A DNA stretch of 64,000 bases. Origin: an uncultured Mollicutes bacterium. Lineage in GTDB: Bacteria > Bacillota_I > Bacilli_A > ML615J-28 > CAG-313. The position numbers were made by a program, and so were the translations under genes. The stretch spans positions 13,943-77,942 of the forward strand of contig URLJ01000004.1 in assembly GCA_900548675.1 (NCBI GenBank), in the 5' to 3' direction. How positions within the stretch are numbered: the stretch's first letter is position 1; each line of letters starts with the position of its first letter. Below are positions 63,654-64,000 of this stretch, in pieces. Under the pieces are notes generated by a model. That model was not told the origin of the DNA. It saw nothing but the letters and a program-made list of their open reading frames with translations, and did no database searches.

Positions 63654-64000
63654 ATGAAATTTAGAATACATACTTTAGGATGTAAAGTTAATCTTTATGA
63701 ATCAGAAGCTATAGCTAGTCAATTACTAAATGAAGGTTTTCTTAAAGCTACTGATTTTGAAAATGCTGATGTCGAAATAATAAATACTTGTACAGTAACA
63801 TCTACATCTGACGCAAAATCAAGAAAATTAATAAGATCAATTGCTAAAACGAACAGCAACGCTGTAATAGTTGTAATGGGATGTTACTCACAATTAAATC
63901 CTAAAAGCATCGAAAGTATCGATGGTGTCGATATCATTTTAGGTACAAATAATAGACATAAAATACCAGAATTGATAAAAGAATACGTTTTATTAAAAAC
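63654..64000 (+). CDS. mtaB: MiaB-like methylthiotransferase, MtaB/YqeV type (3'-truncated by window edge)
   Basis: My own translation: MKFRIHTLGCKVNLYESEAIASQLL...INTCTVTSTSDAKSRKLI...VVMGCYSQ, the MTTase N-terminal domain with its three Cys. Conserved rsmE-mtaB order. The frame is open to the end of the window. Confidence 0.85.
   Translation, partial: MKFRIHTLGCKVNLYESEAIASQLLNEGFLKATDFENADVEIINTCTVTSTSDAKSRKLIRSIAKTNSNAVIVVMGCYSQLNPKSIESIDGVDIILGTNNRHKIPELIKEYVLLK

Overview
AT-rich window from a low-GC Bacillota-type chromosome that uses the standard code: TGA serves as a stop at several overlapping gene junctions and RF2 is present. It is almost entirely core housekeeping DNA with Bacillus-like gene neighbourhoods. 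In order: a heterodimeric ABC exporter pair, a split ChrA pair, and an MFS transporter coupled to a DUF2974 hydrolase. Then rpiB and a complete F-type ATP synthase operon (atpZ-like, atpI, atpBEFHAGDC), followed by hpf-secA-prfB, yitT, recX and an FMN riboswitch with ribU. Next come a Cof phosphatase, a membrane protein coupled to a TM-less FtsK-like pump, lepB-rbgA-rnhB-topA, ftsY-ylxM-ffh, and divergent ruvA / ruvB-queA. After a lipoprotein gene come glgBCDAP, pfkA, a repeat-rich surface protein, an intact pro-sigK, and yqeG-yqeH-yqeK-rsfS. The window ends with ylmC, a kinase/MBL pair, a decayed surface-protein gene, CIRCE-hrcA-grpE-dnaK-dnaJ, mgtE, rsmE and the 5' end of mtaB. By eye I found no tRNA, rRNA, CRISPR array, IS element, prophage or recognisable defence system, and I cannot support a large novel system. 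The items most worth a second look are listed here. (1) A consensus-promoter-to-terminator unit of about 95 nt with C-rich unpaired stretches between topA and ftsY, a candidate sRNA or leader. (2) Four head-to-tail 20-bp palindrome-containing repeats between queA and a lipoprotein gene. (3) A membrane-less FtsK-family motor translationally coupled to an uncharacterised membrane protein. (4) A full Na+-binding signature in the ATP synthase c-subunit. (5) A sugar-kinase-like protein with an N-terminal extension, coupled to an MBL hydrolase. All calls come from reading the translations and DNA by eye; no searches or computations were run.
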